A stretch of 64,000 nt of DNA from a virus (Duplodnaviria; Caudoviricetes), in the IMG/VR virus record IMGVR_UViG_3300021255_000054, one strand, 5' to 3'. The notes beneath the pieces are model-generated. The model was not told the origin of the DNA and did not search any database. It saw only the letters and a list, made by a program, of their open reading frames with translations. Positions within the stretch are counted from its first letter, which is position 1. The number at the start of each line of letters is the position of its first letter. The position numbers and the translations under genes were made by a program. Below are positions 12,307-26,881 of the stretch, in pieces.

Positions 12307-15300
12307 TTACCTCCCTATTCTATTTTGTGCTATTGTCTTACGAGCAATACCCATAATCTTATCTAACGCCTACTCGCCAGCGCGCTGTGCATCATAATCA
12401 TTAGCAATCTGATGTACTTGCATTATTACTTCTGCTTTTTCTATGGTAATACCATTATCATAATTGGTATTAATATTAGAAGTATCAGCGAGACCAATAA
12501 CGCTATCGCGCCAAGCTGATAGTAATGATAAGAGTGAATTTGGTTTATTACTTAGAATTTCATCACGTAAGATATGAGTTTGAGAAGCGTTGAGAACAGC
12601 TTCAGGATCAGTTTTAGTACCATGAAGTATTGATATACCTGTATATTTATTTAAACCGCCTTGTTCATAAGCTTGTGCGTCATGTACAACATAAGAATAA
12701 TTTTTACGCTTAGCAATTTTTTCTTCTCCTAGAGCCTTCGCCGCGCTTTTTGCGGCTTCAGGGGTATCTCCAACGCCATATCCTCCTAATGATGTTGTAT
12801 TTCCAGCAGAATCATATACAGTATATGTTGCTTTATATTTAGTATCAGAACCACTAGAAGTACTTTCAGCTACTCCATCTTTGCCATCCCAAACACCATT
12901 TTCATCAAAATTCCAAGTCTTGCCATCAATACTCTAAGTGCCAGTTACCATAGCGCCATCCGCGCCTAAATAATACCATTTTCCATCAGAGCCTTGTACC
13001 CAGCCAGTTTGCATATAGCCTTTATCATTAAAATAATAATCTTTTCCATCTATATTTTTCCAGCCAGTTGCCCAAGAACCACCATTATATTGATACCACC
13101 AACCAGTATCATCACTCTTCCAAGTACCACCAGTATTACTTACAGTGCCGCTCGCAGTACCTTTAGTTTCACTTCCACTAGAATTATTAGACTTACTACC
13201 GCCATTTATCTCATTAGTAAAAGCTTCAGCTTTTTCAGGATTATCTTCTATACCAGCTTCTGTATCTGTAAAATGATTAACTAATGCCTATAATCCACCT
13301 TCAATTTTCTCGTATTCTTTATAATACTACGTTTTAAATAAATTTTCTCTATCAAGTTTCATCTATTCTGTTGGAGATTTGCCCCACATACTAGAATTAT
13401 TTTCCTTGATATATGCCGCAATACCTTCGGCATTATTACCGTGCATAATATCATATACTTGGCTCCATAACAACCCATTTTCCTTTTCATATGCAAGCAT
13501 TTCTGTTTCAAGATCAATTTGTTGCTATAATTTTTCTAATTCATTATTAGAAGCTTCTTGTATAGCATCAATTTGTCTCTATTGTTCTTCAAAGTAATTA
13601 TCTTGCTATTTCTAAGTAATTTGTGCCTGTAGACTTGCCATTTCAGAAGTACTTGCACCGGATCTCTAAAGAATACTTAACTAGCGTTGTAACTTAATAA
13701 GTTCATCTTTATTGTCCTATGCTTCATACATATCACGCTCATTTTCAAGCTGTTCCTATAAGCCATCAATTAACTTATTAGCGCTATCTTCAATAGCATC
13801 CTTAGTATTCTCTAATTCTTCTATCGCGCGCTCACGGCTATCAACTAAAGCTTCATATACTGCATTTTCAACATCAATCTAATTATCTTCAATATCCTAT
13901 AATATCTCATTAACAGATTCCATGTCAGCAAGGATATTAGTTTTGCCTTCTTCAATGGCATCATATAATGATTGCATTTCTTCATTATCTGAATCAATCT
14001 TATTCCAGAAATTTTCAACAGCAGTAGCATAGTCTTCTTCTTTCCAAGTTCCATCTTCATTTTTTTCCCATTTGATCTTTTCGCCATTCTCATTATAATT
14101 CATCCATTCGGCGAATTTATCATTCATAGCAACAATTTTGTTATACTATTCTTCAGCTGTATAATTAGCTTCACCATATTGATTAGTGCCCATTAAATCA
14201 GATAATGCTTCAAACTAACCTGGTTGATATTTTAATTGCCCTTGTGCATCAAATGTATATAAGGTACTAAATGGACTTTCATTATTTAATTCATTTTTAC
14301 GTTTTTCAAAATATTCCTATTGAGAATTAACTAAGTCTTGACGTACTGCGATGGATTGTTCTAAGTCTTTTAATGTCACCATCTAGCTTTGTGCATAGTC
14401 CTATCCATGCGCCACCATATCAGACTAAATCTTAGACCGTAACTATTCTTGATAAGTGATATCTTTTTCTAACTTAGCAATTTCTTGTAACCAGTTATAC
14501 CATCTTTCTAATTCTTTTAAGAAGGCTTTATTAGCTTCGGAATCACTTCCACCACCACCGCCACCGCCAGAACCACCAGCGCCGGCGAGATCTTTAGCTG
14601 ATAGATTCTATAGCGATTTCCACATTGCACGTATCTTTTTAAGTGTACTAATTGCAGACTGCACGGAAGCTCTTGCTTCACCGCCATTCCAATTACCGGT
14701 TGCAAATGATACGGCATTCTTTTCATTAGTAGTTGGAGTACCACGAGAACTAGTACCAGTAGACATTAATCTTCTAGTCTATAAATGATTAAATACAATC
14801 GCATCATCTGGTAAATTTACAAATTCAGCACCATTACGACCTGCAATATAATAATGGCCGCCAGTAACATAAAGTTCAGGGCCAAGCTCACCCATGAGGG
14901 TACCTTGAGCCAAGGCTACATTACCTTTAGAGCCTGCTACACGGCCAAATTCATCTATTGCATCATCACGATTATTATTAGATAAACTATTAACTACTCT
15001 AGTAGTAATTGTCTAAGTTACTCCGCGATTAGCAATAGCAATATTTTCTAATAATGCTGTTTTTACAGCATTTTCGCCAATATTTATATCCTAAGTAACT
15101 GGATTTTCTTCTCCTAATTGCTTATTTCCGGGAATATCATTATCTGCAACTTCATTTGTCCCAGATTCTACGTCCTGAGTCACCTTATATTCTTTAGCAG
15201 CAGTGATTGTAGCTTCTTTATGAAGCTCCAAATCTTTCATAAGATTCTAAGTATCACCATCTATCTATGCTTCTAATGGCGGAACATAAGTAATTTCTCC

Positions 15301-18300
15301 TGTTTCAGTATTTACAGTAACATCTACAACTGCACTCGCGCCCTATTTAATTCTAAAAGAAATTGTACTATCTGTGTTCTGTTCATTTGAATTTTCTAAA
15401 TCTGTACCTGTAATTAACGCATGAGTCTTAATACCCAATGCTAATCCTGTACGATCCTATGCTGTGATTGTATAATTATCATTTGGAAATGTTGTTATAT
15501 ACTATTGACTATTAATATCATATTCGACCGTAGTATCAATAGCACCATGATAAGTAACCTTGCCAGTGTCATCAATAATATAGTCTTTAGATAAAAGATT
15601 CGTAAAAGAAGCAGCGGCCATTGCACGAACAGCAGATTCTTCTTGACCTTCTCCAAACTATGATTCTTTTCCGTCAATTATATATTTGCCATTTGTATTT
15701 AACTATAATACTTCATTGCAAGAAAATACTAAATGTAAATCGCCTAAATCATAGCTCCCAGTTAAACCCTTACCGGCAAGTTCGGTTCTTATTGAATTAT
15801 ATAAATCATCATTATCCCAAGTATTAGATTCCGCAGCTGCACGATAAGCTTTTAGAATAGCGGCATACGCATCTCCCAGGCCATCTTCTGCATGGCTGCT
15901 TAATTCATTAGGATCCATATTGATCATATCTTCAATAGTAAATACTTCAGATCCTTTTAATTTTATCTTGCCATTTTTAATAGCATTAGCTAAATCCTCA
16001 TTATAATTTTCACTCTTTTCATCAATATGATCTTTGACATATTTAATAAAATTATCATAATTTTCATTAAATTGAGTCCAATCAATTTCCCATGCTTGCG
16101 TATCTGCATTAAATGTTTTTAAAAATAAATCTCCAAAATCTAAGCCATTTTCATCTACATCAATGTCGCCAAGCTATTCCATCGCCGCAATAGTTTCAAG
16201 TAAACCAATCATACTATCAAGCATTTTAATTTGCTCATCAGCAAATTTATCAATGCCAGCATCAACATTTTCGGATAAGCCATCAATGCCTGAAGCAAAA
16301 TTAATACCAAATTCGCTTAATGTTACTCCCATATCGCCAGTCGACATATTGGATAAAGTCCCTGATGCACGTAACAATAAATCCGCCGCATCTTGCATAT
16401 TAGATAATGTTTCCTTACCAAGCTAAATTGGGATATTACTTAATTCAGCAATTTTGCCCATTTCAGTGACTATATTATAAAAATCTTCATATGCCATTAA
16501 GCCTTTATCTGCACCGCTGGTAGTAGCGCGCATTTTTTCAAATGCCGTAGTCCAATTCTTCCAATAATTTAATGGATTATTTTGTCCACTTGGAATTTTA
16601 TTTTCCATAAATTTGAAAGAATCATCTTCAGTAGTAGCACGAGCCATATTGATTCTTTCAGCTAATAATAATTCATGTTCTAATGCTTGAATACGTTCTC
16701 CATTATCTGGGGTTTCTTTTCCTTGACGCACTTTTTCCCAAGCATCACTATTATTATGTAAAGCATCTTCCTCAGCACGTAATTCGGCAACTGTAGTAGT
16801 AGCAGCATCCTTAACATCAATTAGCATATTCTTAATATATTTGCCATTAACTTCTAAGCCTTGCTTATCTAAATCCATTAATGCCTATATACTAATTGGA
16901 TTTTTTGCCATTAAGCTATCAAAATACTAGTTTAATTCATCTTCAGATAGTATTTCTTCTGGTTCTTTAGCCCATTCAGGAACAGGAGTCATTAGAATGT
17001 GTGCCTCAGTCTCACCCAAATTAACATTTTCATAAGCAGTACTTAATAAACTTGAATGAGTTCCATCAGGATTATCAATCCATGGACGAGCATACATATT
17101 AACATTTCCACGTAGCCCTTCAAATGCAGCAATATATGGTTGTTCACCATTTTGTAATTTATCATATTGCTTCTAAGCTTCAACTAATTCTTTTTCATAT
17201 TGTAATTCCTCTTTTAAAGATTTTACATATGCTGAATTACTTGTAGCATCATTAAATTCTTCACGAGTCTCTTTATAATAGTCAGCCAATTCATTAAATA
17301 AAGAATCGCCGGAAAAACTATTAAGTGTAGATATTTTATCAATTAATGCTTCTGCAGATTCGTTAGCTAATCTAAAACCATCGACAGTAGGCTCAAAATC
17401 AAGTTGGCCTACACCATTATCAGTGGCCCATTGCTATAATTTAAATGTATCAGCATTCTTTAAATTACCACTAATACCACCACTAATTAAAGAAGTGATT
17501 TGAGATAACACATCCGCGATTGTGTCAGCTAATTCCGCCATTTGTTCTGGAATTATTGCGCCAGCTTTTGCGGCAGCCTCAGCTACCTTCTAAATTAATC
17601 CAGGGATATCCGCGCCAACATCTAATTGATAAATACCATCCTGAACTCTTTGTCCATAGCCTTCCATCAAAGATTCAAGCGCATCTTTACCAAGTACACT
17701 TTCTAAATAGGATACATTAATAGCCTTACCGGGCTTCGCTTCAGCTAATCCTTTAATCTATTCAACAGTATTATCTATAATAGTATTAGTACTATTATAG
17801 AACTCGGTCATTGCATCAGCATATTCATTACGTAATTGATAATATTCAGAAGACTAAGCATTTAAACCTAATGAAGCAAGAAATGCGTCAATATCAAAAA
17901 TACGGATGCCCCCAAAACCAGTCAGCTATGCTGCTGGTCCCTTACCGCTCCAATCTGTTAATAGACCTTTTAACTAAGTTTCCATGTCTTTACCATAGCT
18001 ATTATATAACTATGCTAAAGTATCAAAAGACATATTTGCGGCATTTTGTAATGCTTCTTGTGCATCAATACGGCCTTGGTCATTTGCAGTTAAAAGTTTA
18101 GCATAAGCATTATTTAAATCTGCCTAAGTACCGCCCGCAGTCTCTTTCATTTGTTGATAAATAGCGGCGTAGACGTCTACCATGCCTTTTACAGAAGTAA
18201 CTACACCATTTTTATCTACCATCTTAAGAGAAGCTAATACTTGTCTTAATTCACCTGTAACTACAGATCCAACTACGACATTCTCAACTTTATCTAAAGC

Positions 18301-21300
18301 ATCATTCCAACGATTAATCGCATTAGAATAAATTTCTGCTAATTCAGATTCTGTTAAATTAGGCTTTAATGCTTTAGCAATATTTACTGCATCCTATCCG
18401 CCACGAAGTAATATTTGAATATTATCTTGAACCGTAGAAATACTTTCTTCAATTGATCCTCCATAACTTTCTAAAAGAATCTATATTGCATGTCCTAATT
18501 TATTAACATCATCTTGCGTTCTATCACTAGATAAGAAGCTACTAATATCAATATTCTCTTGTGCAGCTTTAATAGTATTATCTTTAACCCACTAATCAAT
18601 CTTAGATTTGGGTAAAATACCAATATCTTTTAACTATTGCGCTTGCGCTTCAATATACTCTTTAATATATTCAGGCCGTATAGTAAAGGCGCCAAGAATA
18701 TCATCATAATAACTTACATTTTCAATTTGTAAGTTTTTATTAAGTAACTAATTATAATTTTCAACAAAAGATCCTAAATCTGCTAAATTATTAGTGCCAC
18801 TAGATAATAAGGACACACCAGTAGAAATATTCTATAAATAAGAGTCACCAATCGCAGCAATTTCCTACTAGAATAATTCATTAACATCGTATCCGACTTG
18901 AGCTAATCTTTTATTTAAACCAGCTAAATCTACTCTATTATGACCCCATTCATCAGTATGAATAAATTCTCTAATATTAATGCCCCAATTTGCAAATGCG
19001 GTTTGGAATGCGGCGATAGATTCTTCAGATAAATCTTGATAATTAGAAACTAAATCTTGAACAGCATTATATTGCTTATTCTGAATTGAATAGCGTAAAT
19101 TATTTATCTATGCTATTAAATTGTTATATTCTTCAGGATGAGATTGAATATCTGGAAGAGCATTAACAAATGCCAATAACCTATCGATATCTTGCTAAGA
19201 ATTAATAACAAATTCTTCAGTCCAATTATTATATTCAATACCTAATCCTTGAAGCTACTGTACTGCTGTATAAGGATCTCCACCATAAGCAACTAGCAAG
19301 TTTTCTACGTCAGATAAGCTAAATCTTTCTGTAATAATTTTAGAGGTTGCAGCATATTTATTACGTTTAGATACAATATTTTTATTTATATCATTATATA
19401 CATTAAGTAATGCTTCTTTTCCTTCTTCATCATAAGCTTCGACTGATGACTTTAATAATAATAAAAGATTTTCAGTCCTTGCTGTAGATTCAACAGTGAA
19501 TGTTTCTTGTGTTAAACTAGTAATATAACCATTATCAAGTAATACTTGCTTCATATTATCGGTTAATGAAGAAATATTAACTTCATCCCCGATTTTTGCA
19601 GAAGATAAATTCTATAACTAAGAAGCTATCTACTTACCTTTATTATCTTTTGCACGCTGGGCAATTTGGCTATCAATAGTTTCAGTTGCAAAATCTGTAA
19701 AGTCTTCTAATTTTACACCAAATGCAGCAGCGAGCACAGTTATAATCTATTCCGCACTTGCATTTGCATTTGCTTCAAAAGTATCTGTTTCTGGATTATA
19801 ATGATAAATAGCTGCAAGAGCACTGTTAGTAAAAGTATTTGTTGTTTCATCAAAAAAGTCTGATAATTCTAATTTATATTGATTAGCATATGATTCTAAT
19901 TCACTAACAGTAAATCCGCCCTATACCATATCAATTACTGCTTTTTCTTTCCCCCCTCCAAGATTAGTTGTTATAGAATCAGCAATAATTTTATTATAGT
20001 CCTCAAGAGTAAATAATACTCCATCTATCATACTACCAATATGAGCACGTAAATTATTGATTACTTCATTAAAAATTTCTGGATCTTTTAAATCTGTCTA
20101 AGTATAGCCCTATTCTTCTAATAGCGCAGTAGTAGTTTCACTTAAAGAAGTAATACTGGGATCTAATAATTCTTTTAATGCCGTATGATACTATTCAGCA
20201 TTTGCTTGAATGGACGCTTTCTATGCAGCTAAAGAAACTTGAGCATCAATGCCTGCTTCAGATAACGCTTGATTTAAACTAGAAACATCGCCTTCTAATA
20301 AATCAGCCCAATAATTATTAATATTAAGTCCAATCTATTTTAGCTATGCAGCTAATGTATCCTTTAAATAATTACCTTCGCCGTTAGCAATTTTAGTATA
20401 GTCTAAAGATACGATAGAAATACCAATAGAATTCTTTACAAGAGATTGATACATATCTTCATTAACTTGCATTAATTTTTCATAATTATCTTTTTGTTCT
20501 TGAATATATATATCCCAATCAATAGAGCCATCATATCCTTCATAAATCTCTTGCATCTAAGTTAAATATGCTTCAGCCTCAGATTCAGAAATTCCAAAAG
20601 TTGTCTTAAAAGAACTAACTTGTGATTTACGCCAATCCTCATCTGCAAAATTAGTAACATATTTCTAATTAAAATATGAACTATCTAAGAAGTTATACAT
20701 AGTACTTGCCTATGTTTTAGCATCTTCAATTTCTTTTGCAACATCCGCAGACTACTATGATAACTATAATTCTAGTCCTCTTCTAGTTAATAAATATCCT
20801 CCAACAGCTTCATTATATTGATATATATCATCAAATACTAATTCTTCTGTTCCATCATATTTAGTTAATATATCTGCCGCATTCTTATATGCTTCAGAAT
20901 ACTTAACTCCCTTACCAGCATTCTCTGCCGCCTTCTCAACATTTTCAATAGTTTCCTACAAAGAAGCCTATAAGCGTTGAGTCATCGCGCCAACATTGTA
21001 CATTAAGCGAGTTGCGGCATCATTTAATTCATTAACTAAATCATCAAAACCGCCCATGCTTTGTAATTGTTCAGCAGCTTTTGTTAGGGATTCTGAATTA
21101 GTAAAGTCTAAAGAAGAAATTATTGGAGCAATCTATGTCTATTTAAATGAGTCTAAAGCACCAATTTGATTAAATACCTAATTTAAACTATTTAAATATG
21201 CAGAAGCCGCTGCGTGCTAACCATCCTTAATCAAATCCTAATAATGAGTTAAGCCCGCACGTAAATATGAAATGTTCTAAGTAGTTAACTCACCATCTTT

Positions 21301-24300
21301 TTCTTCTATCTTATCATTAAATAGATTTTTAAATAATTCTGAATTTATACCAAAAATATTATTTAACTATTGAGATAATCCATCAGTTGCTTCTTTGCGT
21401 AATTTTTCAAACTATTCTTTCCATCCAGCATCTACAACTGAACCTTTTACGCCTTCAAAATCTTTATAAAAATCAATCATAGAACGATATGAATTATAAT
21501 CAGCTTGCATTAAACTAGAAGCTAATGATTGATGCTAAGATACCCATGTAGCAATCTCATTGCGATATTTTGTATTATCTCCTGCATTCATGTCTATATA
21601 AGAACCAAACTTAGAATCAAATACAAATGATATAAAAGAACTATAATCTTTAATCTAATTATATAATTGTTGCTCTATAATATCTGGTGAATTTTTTAAT
21701 TGATCTAAATAACTATTTACATCTTTTTTAGTCTTTTCATATTGTAAAGTATTATCTATATTCTCATAGGTTTCTGTAATAGAATTAATATGTTCTGAAG
21801 CATGTTGCTAAATAACCTTAATTAATTCAATTAATTTTTCCCCTTTTAAATCAAATAATAAATTAGTATCAAAATTTTCTATTTCAGTTAATTCATCCAA
21901 TGAAATATTCGTTGCTTTTGCAATTTCATTTAAATAATAAGATAAATTTGTAGCAATAAAATTGTCATAGCCACCAAATTCATCTAATGAAGATGTCATA
22001 GATTGTGCCAATTTCTAATAAATATCAATATAATTAGTAAAAATTGCTTTCTGCCAGAGTTTTGAATCTCCTGAATTTAATACAGAAGTGAAATCTCTAC
22101 CCGTCTATTCTCCATACCATTTTAATAAATTATAGTCATATCCAGCATGGCTCTCTGTAGAATCATATCCTTGATAATGATCTTGTAGCCATCCATGTAT
22201 AACATTCTAACTATTATTATAATCTTCTGAAAAACCTAAATCAAATAATCTATTATAAGCTTCCTTTTGGGTTTCTAATTTTTTTAGTTCTGCTTCTATA
22301 GAACCTATCGTAGCAGTAGAAGTTTTCTATCTCGCTGCGGCCAACTATTCCTCTAAAGTTTTAGTAGTAATAATAGCATTACCAGCCTAATCAATACTTT
22401 CTACTAATGAAGGATAAGAATCTCGTAATTGATTCATCTAATCTTTATAAGCCTATTCAGCTTCAATAGAATCATATCGAGCGGCTTCAAGTTCTTTTAA
22501 CTAATTATAAGCTTGACTTAAAGCTTTTTCTTCTCCTTTTGCACGAATTACTTCTTCCTATGCCTGTGATGCGGCTTTATCTGCTAATTCTATCTATCTA
22601 GATATAGAAACATTCAGCATTTCATGTGCAGAAGTTAAAGTAGCAAAATTTTCTACTAATCCAGAAGTTAATCCAGTAATACCGCCAATAATTGCTGCCG
22701 GAACTGTAAGAATACCGCCACTTACAGCAGCTCCCCCTGCTCCTCCCATAGCAATACCACTGATTGTCTTTCCTACTATTGAAAGTAATGCACCATTACG
22801 TGTAGTAGTCCCGGCGGATCTATCTTCATCTGCATTAGTACTTGAACCATATTTAGATAATCCTTGTAAGGTTATACCACCGCCTATTAAAGATAAACCA
22901 CTACCAATAGTAGATAGAACAGAGCGTATTGAACCAGTTAAAGTATTCTTTAAAGTACTGCCCATAGTTTGAGTAGCATTATTAAACTAAATACTAAACT
23001 ATTTTCCAGCTTGAGCGCCACCATCCTAGGCCACTATAACCATTTTGCTAATCATATTAGCAAAATTATCAGAAACTGAACTTAATCCATTAGAAATATG
23101 ATTAAGAATTATAGTCGCTGCACTTTTAACTATTGAAATTAATGATCCAGCTACAGCAATTGCTAAGCCTGGAATTTTTCCAAATACTTTAGGTAAACTA
23201 TTACCAGCACTCACAACATTAGTAATAGTATCTAATATATTTTTATATAGATCCTAAATTCCAGAGCTAGTATAGAACTCTTGAATTGTAACTTTCATTC
23301 TTTCTATCTTAGCATCAATAGAATCTAGAGTTTTTAATGTCTATAAATCACCAGTTCCAGCTGCATCATTCGCAGTCTATAATGCTTTCCTATACTCATC
23401 AACATTACTAACCAAAGCTAAGAAACGAGATTGCTGTCTATTACCAGCCATTAATGTAGCAATATAGCGTTGAGATAGAGAATCTAGGCTATCCCATTTT
23501 TCCATTAATTCAAGTAAAACATCATCAAAATCTCTAAATTGTCCTGCTGTATCATGAATAGTAATACCAACTGTCTATAACGCTGCGTCAACGCGGTTTA
23601 AGCTCATTTCTTCGCCTTCGCTGTCGCGTAATGCAGTAGGGTCTGCGGTCATTTCACCATAACGAGAAATAACAGACTTTAAAGCAGTACCAATATTGGT
23701 TGCAGATTCACGAGTTGTAGCAATCATTGTAGCCATCATAGCAGTTGTAGCTTCAAAACTTGAACCTACTGCTTCAGCAGACGCAGCAGTTTTACTAATA
23801 GCAACAGCTAATTCCTCAGTACTAGAAGCAGTTGTAGCTGCTAAAGCACTAAATACGTCTGTAACATGACCAGCATCTTGCATTTCTAGCTTGAAACCAC
23901 GAATAGCTGTAGTCATATAGTCTGCAGCGGTAGCGTAATCAAGGCCAGCAATACGTGCCATCTTTAGCGTTTCTGTAGTTAATGTCATTACATCATTAGA
24001 TTGTAAACCCTATTGATAGTAAATCTAAGAAACTTCATAAACACCCTTAATAGCTACGCCATATTGACGTGCAATTTCACTGTATCTACTAATCTATCCC
24101 CATAAATCATCCTGAGACATATTAGTAACTACAGCGATAGATGTCATAACGGTATCCAATTCTTGGATATGTTTTTTCATATCATTAATAGCTGTTTTAG
24201 TTAGATTTAATACTTGCCAAAATCCCATCCAACGATCTACAGCCATCTATATATTACTTAATGATTTCTATTTCCTTTCTAAATTAGTTAAAGAATCGAT

Positions 24301-25878
24301 ATGCCCGCGAATTGCTGCAACAGCCTATTCATGTACTCTTATTGCATCTTCGTTGCTTCCTGCATTTCCAGCAGCTGCAGCTGCCTCTTGCTGATGAGCT
24401 TCTGCTACATCATGAAGTGCTTTCGCCGCGCCAGATGCTGCTTCCTAAGTTTTCTAATAATTTTCCGCGCGTTTATTATTAACTTCATCTGAATTAACTG
24501 TATTATCTGCTTCATTTAGTTCCTTTTTTTTCTCGTTTAAATCATCAAGGGTCTATTTAGTAGTATCAGCTTCAGATTGTACTCTATCACGATACTATTC
24601 CATTACTTTATCAGTATTATCTAATAAAGCAGATAAATCAAATCCCTTAACTATGGCATTCGTAATTGCGCCAATTTCTTGTGAATTTAAGTTTAAACCA
24701 GAATTTTTTAATATATTAGAAACCTAAGATTTAAAAGCACTAGTATTAATATTTGTAGTTAAGTCAGCATTATCAAAAATATGCTAAATTCCAGCAACCA
24801 TATTAGTCTATAACTAATTAATGGTACTTTCATCCATTAGTCCAGTATCAACAAATAATGTCTTAAATCTTGCTTTAATTGCTCCAAAATATTTGGCATA
24901 ATTCTAACTAATATCAATATCTTTAAATAAATCTTCAACATTATATTGCTTTAATACATTTTGAATGGCTTCTTTGCTAGCATTCGCAGAAGGCGCAGTT
25001 TTATATGCATTTAATATTTCTTGCTATAATTTTTGATATTCTGGTATTCTCTGCCGCATTTGCTCGCAGCCTTTAATAATAGCATCGACTTCTGAGTTAA
25101 TAAAATCTTGTACATTGCTGCCAGCTTTAATATTATTTGTTTTCTGTCCAGAATAATTTTCAAAACCACTATAAAAATTCTTTAATAACTCCTAATAATC
25201 TGTAGTATCAGTTTTAAAAGATTTACCAGTGGTTGCAGCATCAAAAGCTTTCTAAATGTCATCACGTATAGTAGAAACTTTATTAGTACTTAAAGTATTT
25301 AATTGTCCCTATAAAGACTGTAATTTTTCTTCAGATTTTTCGATCAACTTGTCTACTTTTGACATTTCTTTTTCAAAGGTAGAAGATAATCCTGAAAAAG
25401 TTAAATTTTCTATTGATAAACCTAATTTTTCCGCTGCATGTTTTACTTTATCAGCATTCTAAACAGTAGAATCATCAAAAAAGTTGCCAATAGTTCCTTT
25501 ACGTAGATTTGTTAAATCTTGTTGTAACTATTTAATTTTATCTCTAAGTTCATCTATCTGTTTCTTTTCGGTATCTGTTAAAATAAAGTCATCTAAATTA
25601 AAAGTGGAAAATTTCTCAGTTGCAGTTTTTAAATTAGTTAATAAATTTTCATAATCCTTTAAATACTTTTTAGAGTCAGAAGAGGTTTTAAATGCGCTCT
25701 CCATTTTTCCTTTTAATTCATCAGCTCTATTTTTTAATTTTTCTAAAAAATCATTAGTAGTCTTAAAAGCAGTAGAATCCATTTGAACTGATTTTAATAA
25801 TGTTTCTCTCAAAGACTAAATTTGTTTCTATGCTTCTTGCAATCCTAATGAAACCTATAATTCTAATGAATTTGCCAT
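12307..25878 (-). CDS. Tail tape measure protein (TMP), ~4523 aa (TAG=Gln)
   Basis: Eleven track fragments in one frame; TP901-type TMP core (GLDYATAADYMTTAIRGF..DVFSALAA) at 23575-24200; GELGPEL..VFNHLQT and LHGTKTDPEAVLNA motifs; RBS before ATG 25878. Confidence 0.85.
12880..13130 (-). repeat. Choline/cell-wall-binding repeats within the TMP C-terminus
   Basis: TGWWYQYNGGSWATGWKNIDGKDYYFNDKGYMQTGWVQGSDGKWYYLGADGAMVTG. Confidence 0.8.
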
Positions 25879-25903
25879 TATCCTTCATCTCCTTTCCCGC
25901 ATT

Positions 25904-25941
25904 AAAATAAAAAAAGAGCCACTTTCCGAAGAAAGTGGCTC
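25904..25941 (-). terminator. Intrinsic terminator upstream of TMP
   Basis: GAGCCACTTTC-TTCG-GAAAGTGGCTC followed by a T-run on the minus strand. Confidence 0.8.
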
Positions 25942-26812
25942 AAATATCACTATCTATATCATCCTATAGACGTATGATTTCCAATATCAAATTTTTCTTA
26001 TTCCCAACTGTTTCTGGCAAACCTACAATATTAAATGTAGAAACAGTAGGATCGGCCCTTTCTCCCAGTCGTAAGTTAATATTACTTACAACCCTAACTT
26101 TCGGCATAAATAATACATTCGTATAATTTAAACCTTCATTCTCATCTTTAGAATAAAATTTAGCTTCTAAAGTAAATAATCCATTAAACCGCTCTTTCTA
26201 TACTGAGTATATCAGAGCTTCCTATTCATATTTATAGTAGTAATCAATAACATATTTTCTACTATTATCTGCGGGGGTTTCTAAATTTTTATCATCAAAA
26301 ATTTGAACGTATGGAAGAAAATGACCAGGATCTAATGGATCCTCTTTATTTGTAATTAATTTTCCGTACTTTTTTTCTTGTACAGCTTCACGATCATAAT
26401 CAAAAATAAATGATTTTTTAATAGTATGATCAACAGGCCAATGCTTTAATATAACACCGCCATTAACATCTAATGAAAAAGGGCCTTCTTTCATTGGAAC
26501 ATATAATGGTTCATCTTTAGTCTAAGTAGTAACATTAGCACTTAATAGAATACTCATACCAACAGAAGACATAACGCCCTCAGTCATTTGAAATGTAGCT
26601 TCTGTGCGCTCATCCCATATAACACGTGGCATATTTGCCCAGCCGCCACGAGCAAACACAGGTCTATTCTATTCAGATAATAATGACATATTTACATTAT
26701 TAAAATATAATACTGGCTCTTCAGATTCAATTTTCCTACTGCCAAATTGCATAGGAGTTTTCGCGCGAAGAATGACTTCATACAACTCCTTATGCCCAAA
26801 ATATTCATCCAT
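25940..26812 (-). CDS. Major tail protein paralogue, 290 aa (TAG=Gln)
   Basis: Joins 26669 and 26222 fragments; FGHKELYEV..VLYF..ARGGWANMPRVIWD and KVRVVSNINLRLG..DPT align by eye with 26882..27829. Confidence 0.7.
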
Positions 26813-26828
26813 TATAGGCTCACCACCT

Positions 26829-26859
26829 AAAAAAAGAAAGGGGCTCTCATAAGAGAACC
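26829..26859 (-). terminator. Terminator after major tail gene
   Basis: GGGTTCTC-TTAT-GAGAGCCC plus TTTCTTTTTT. Confidence 0.7.
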
Positions 26860-26881
26860 CCATTATATTTATTTAATTAAA

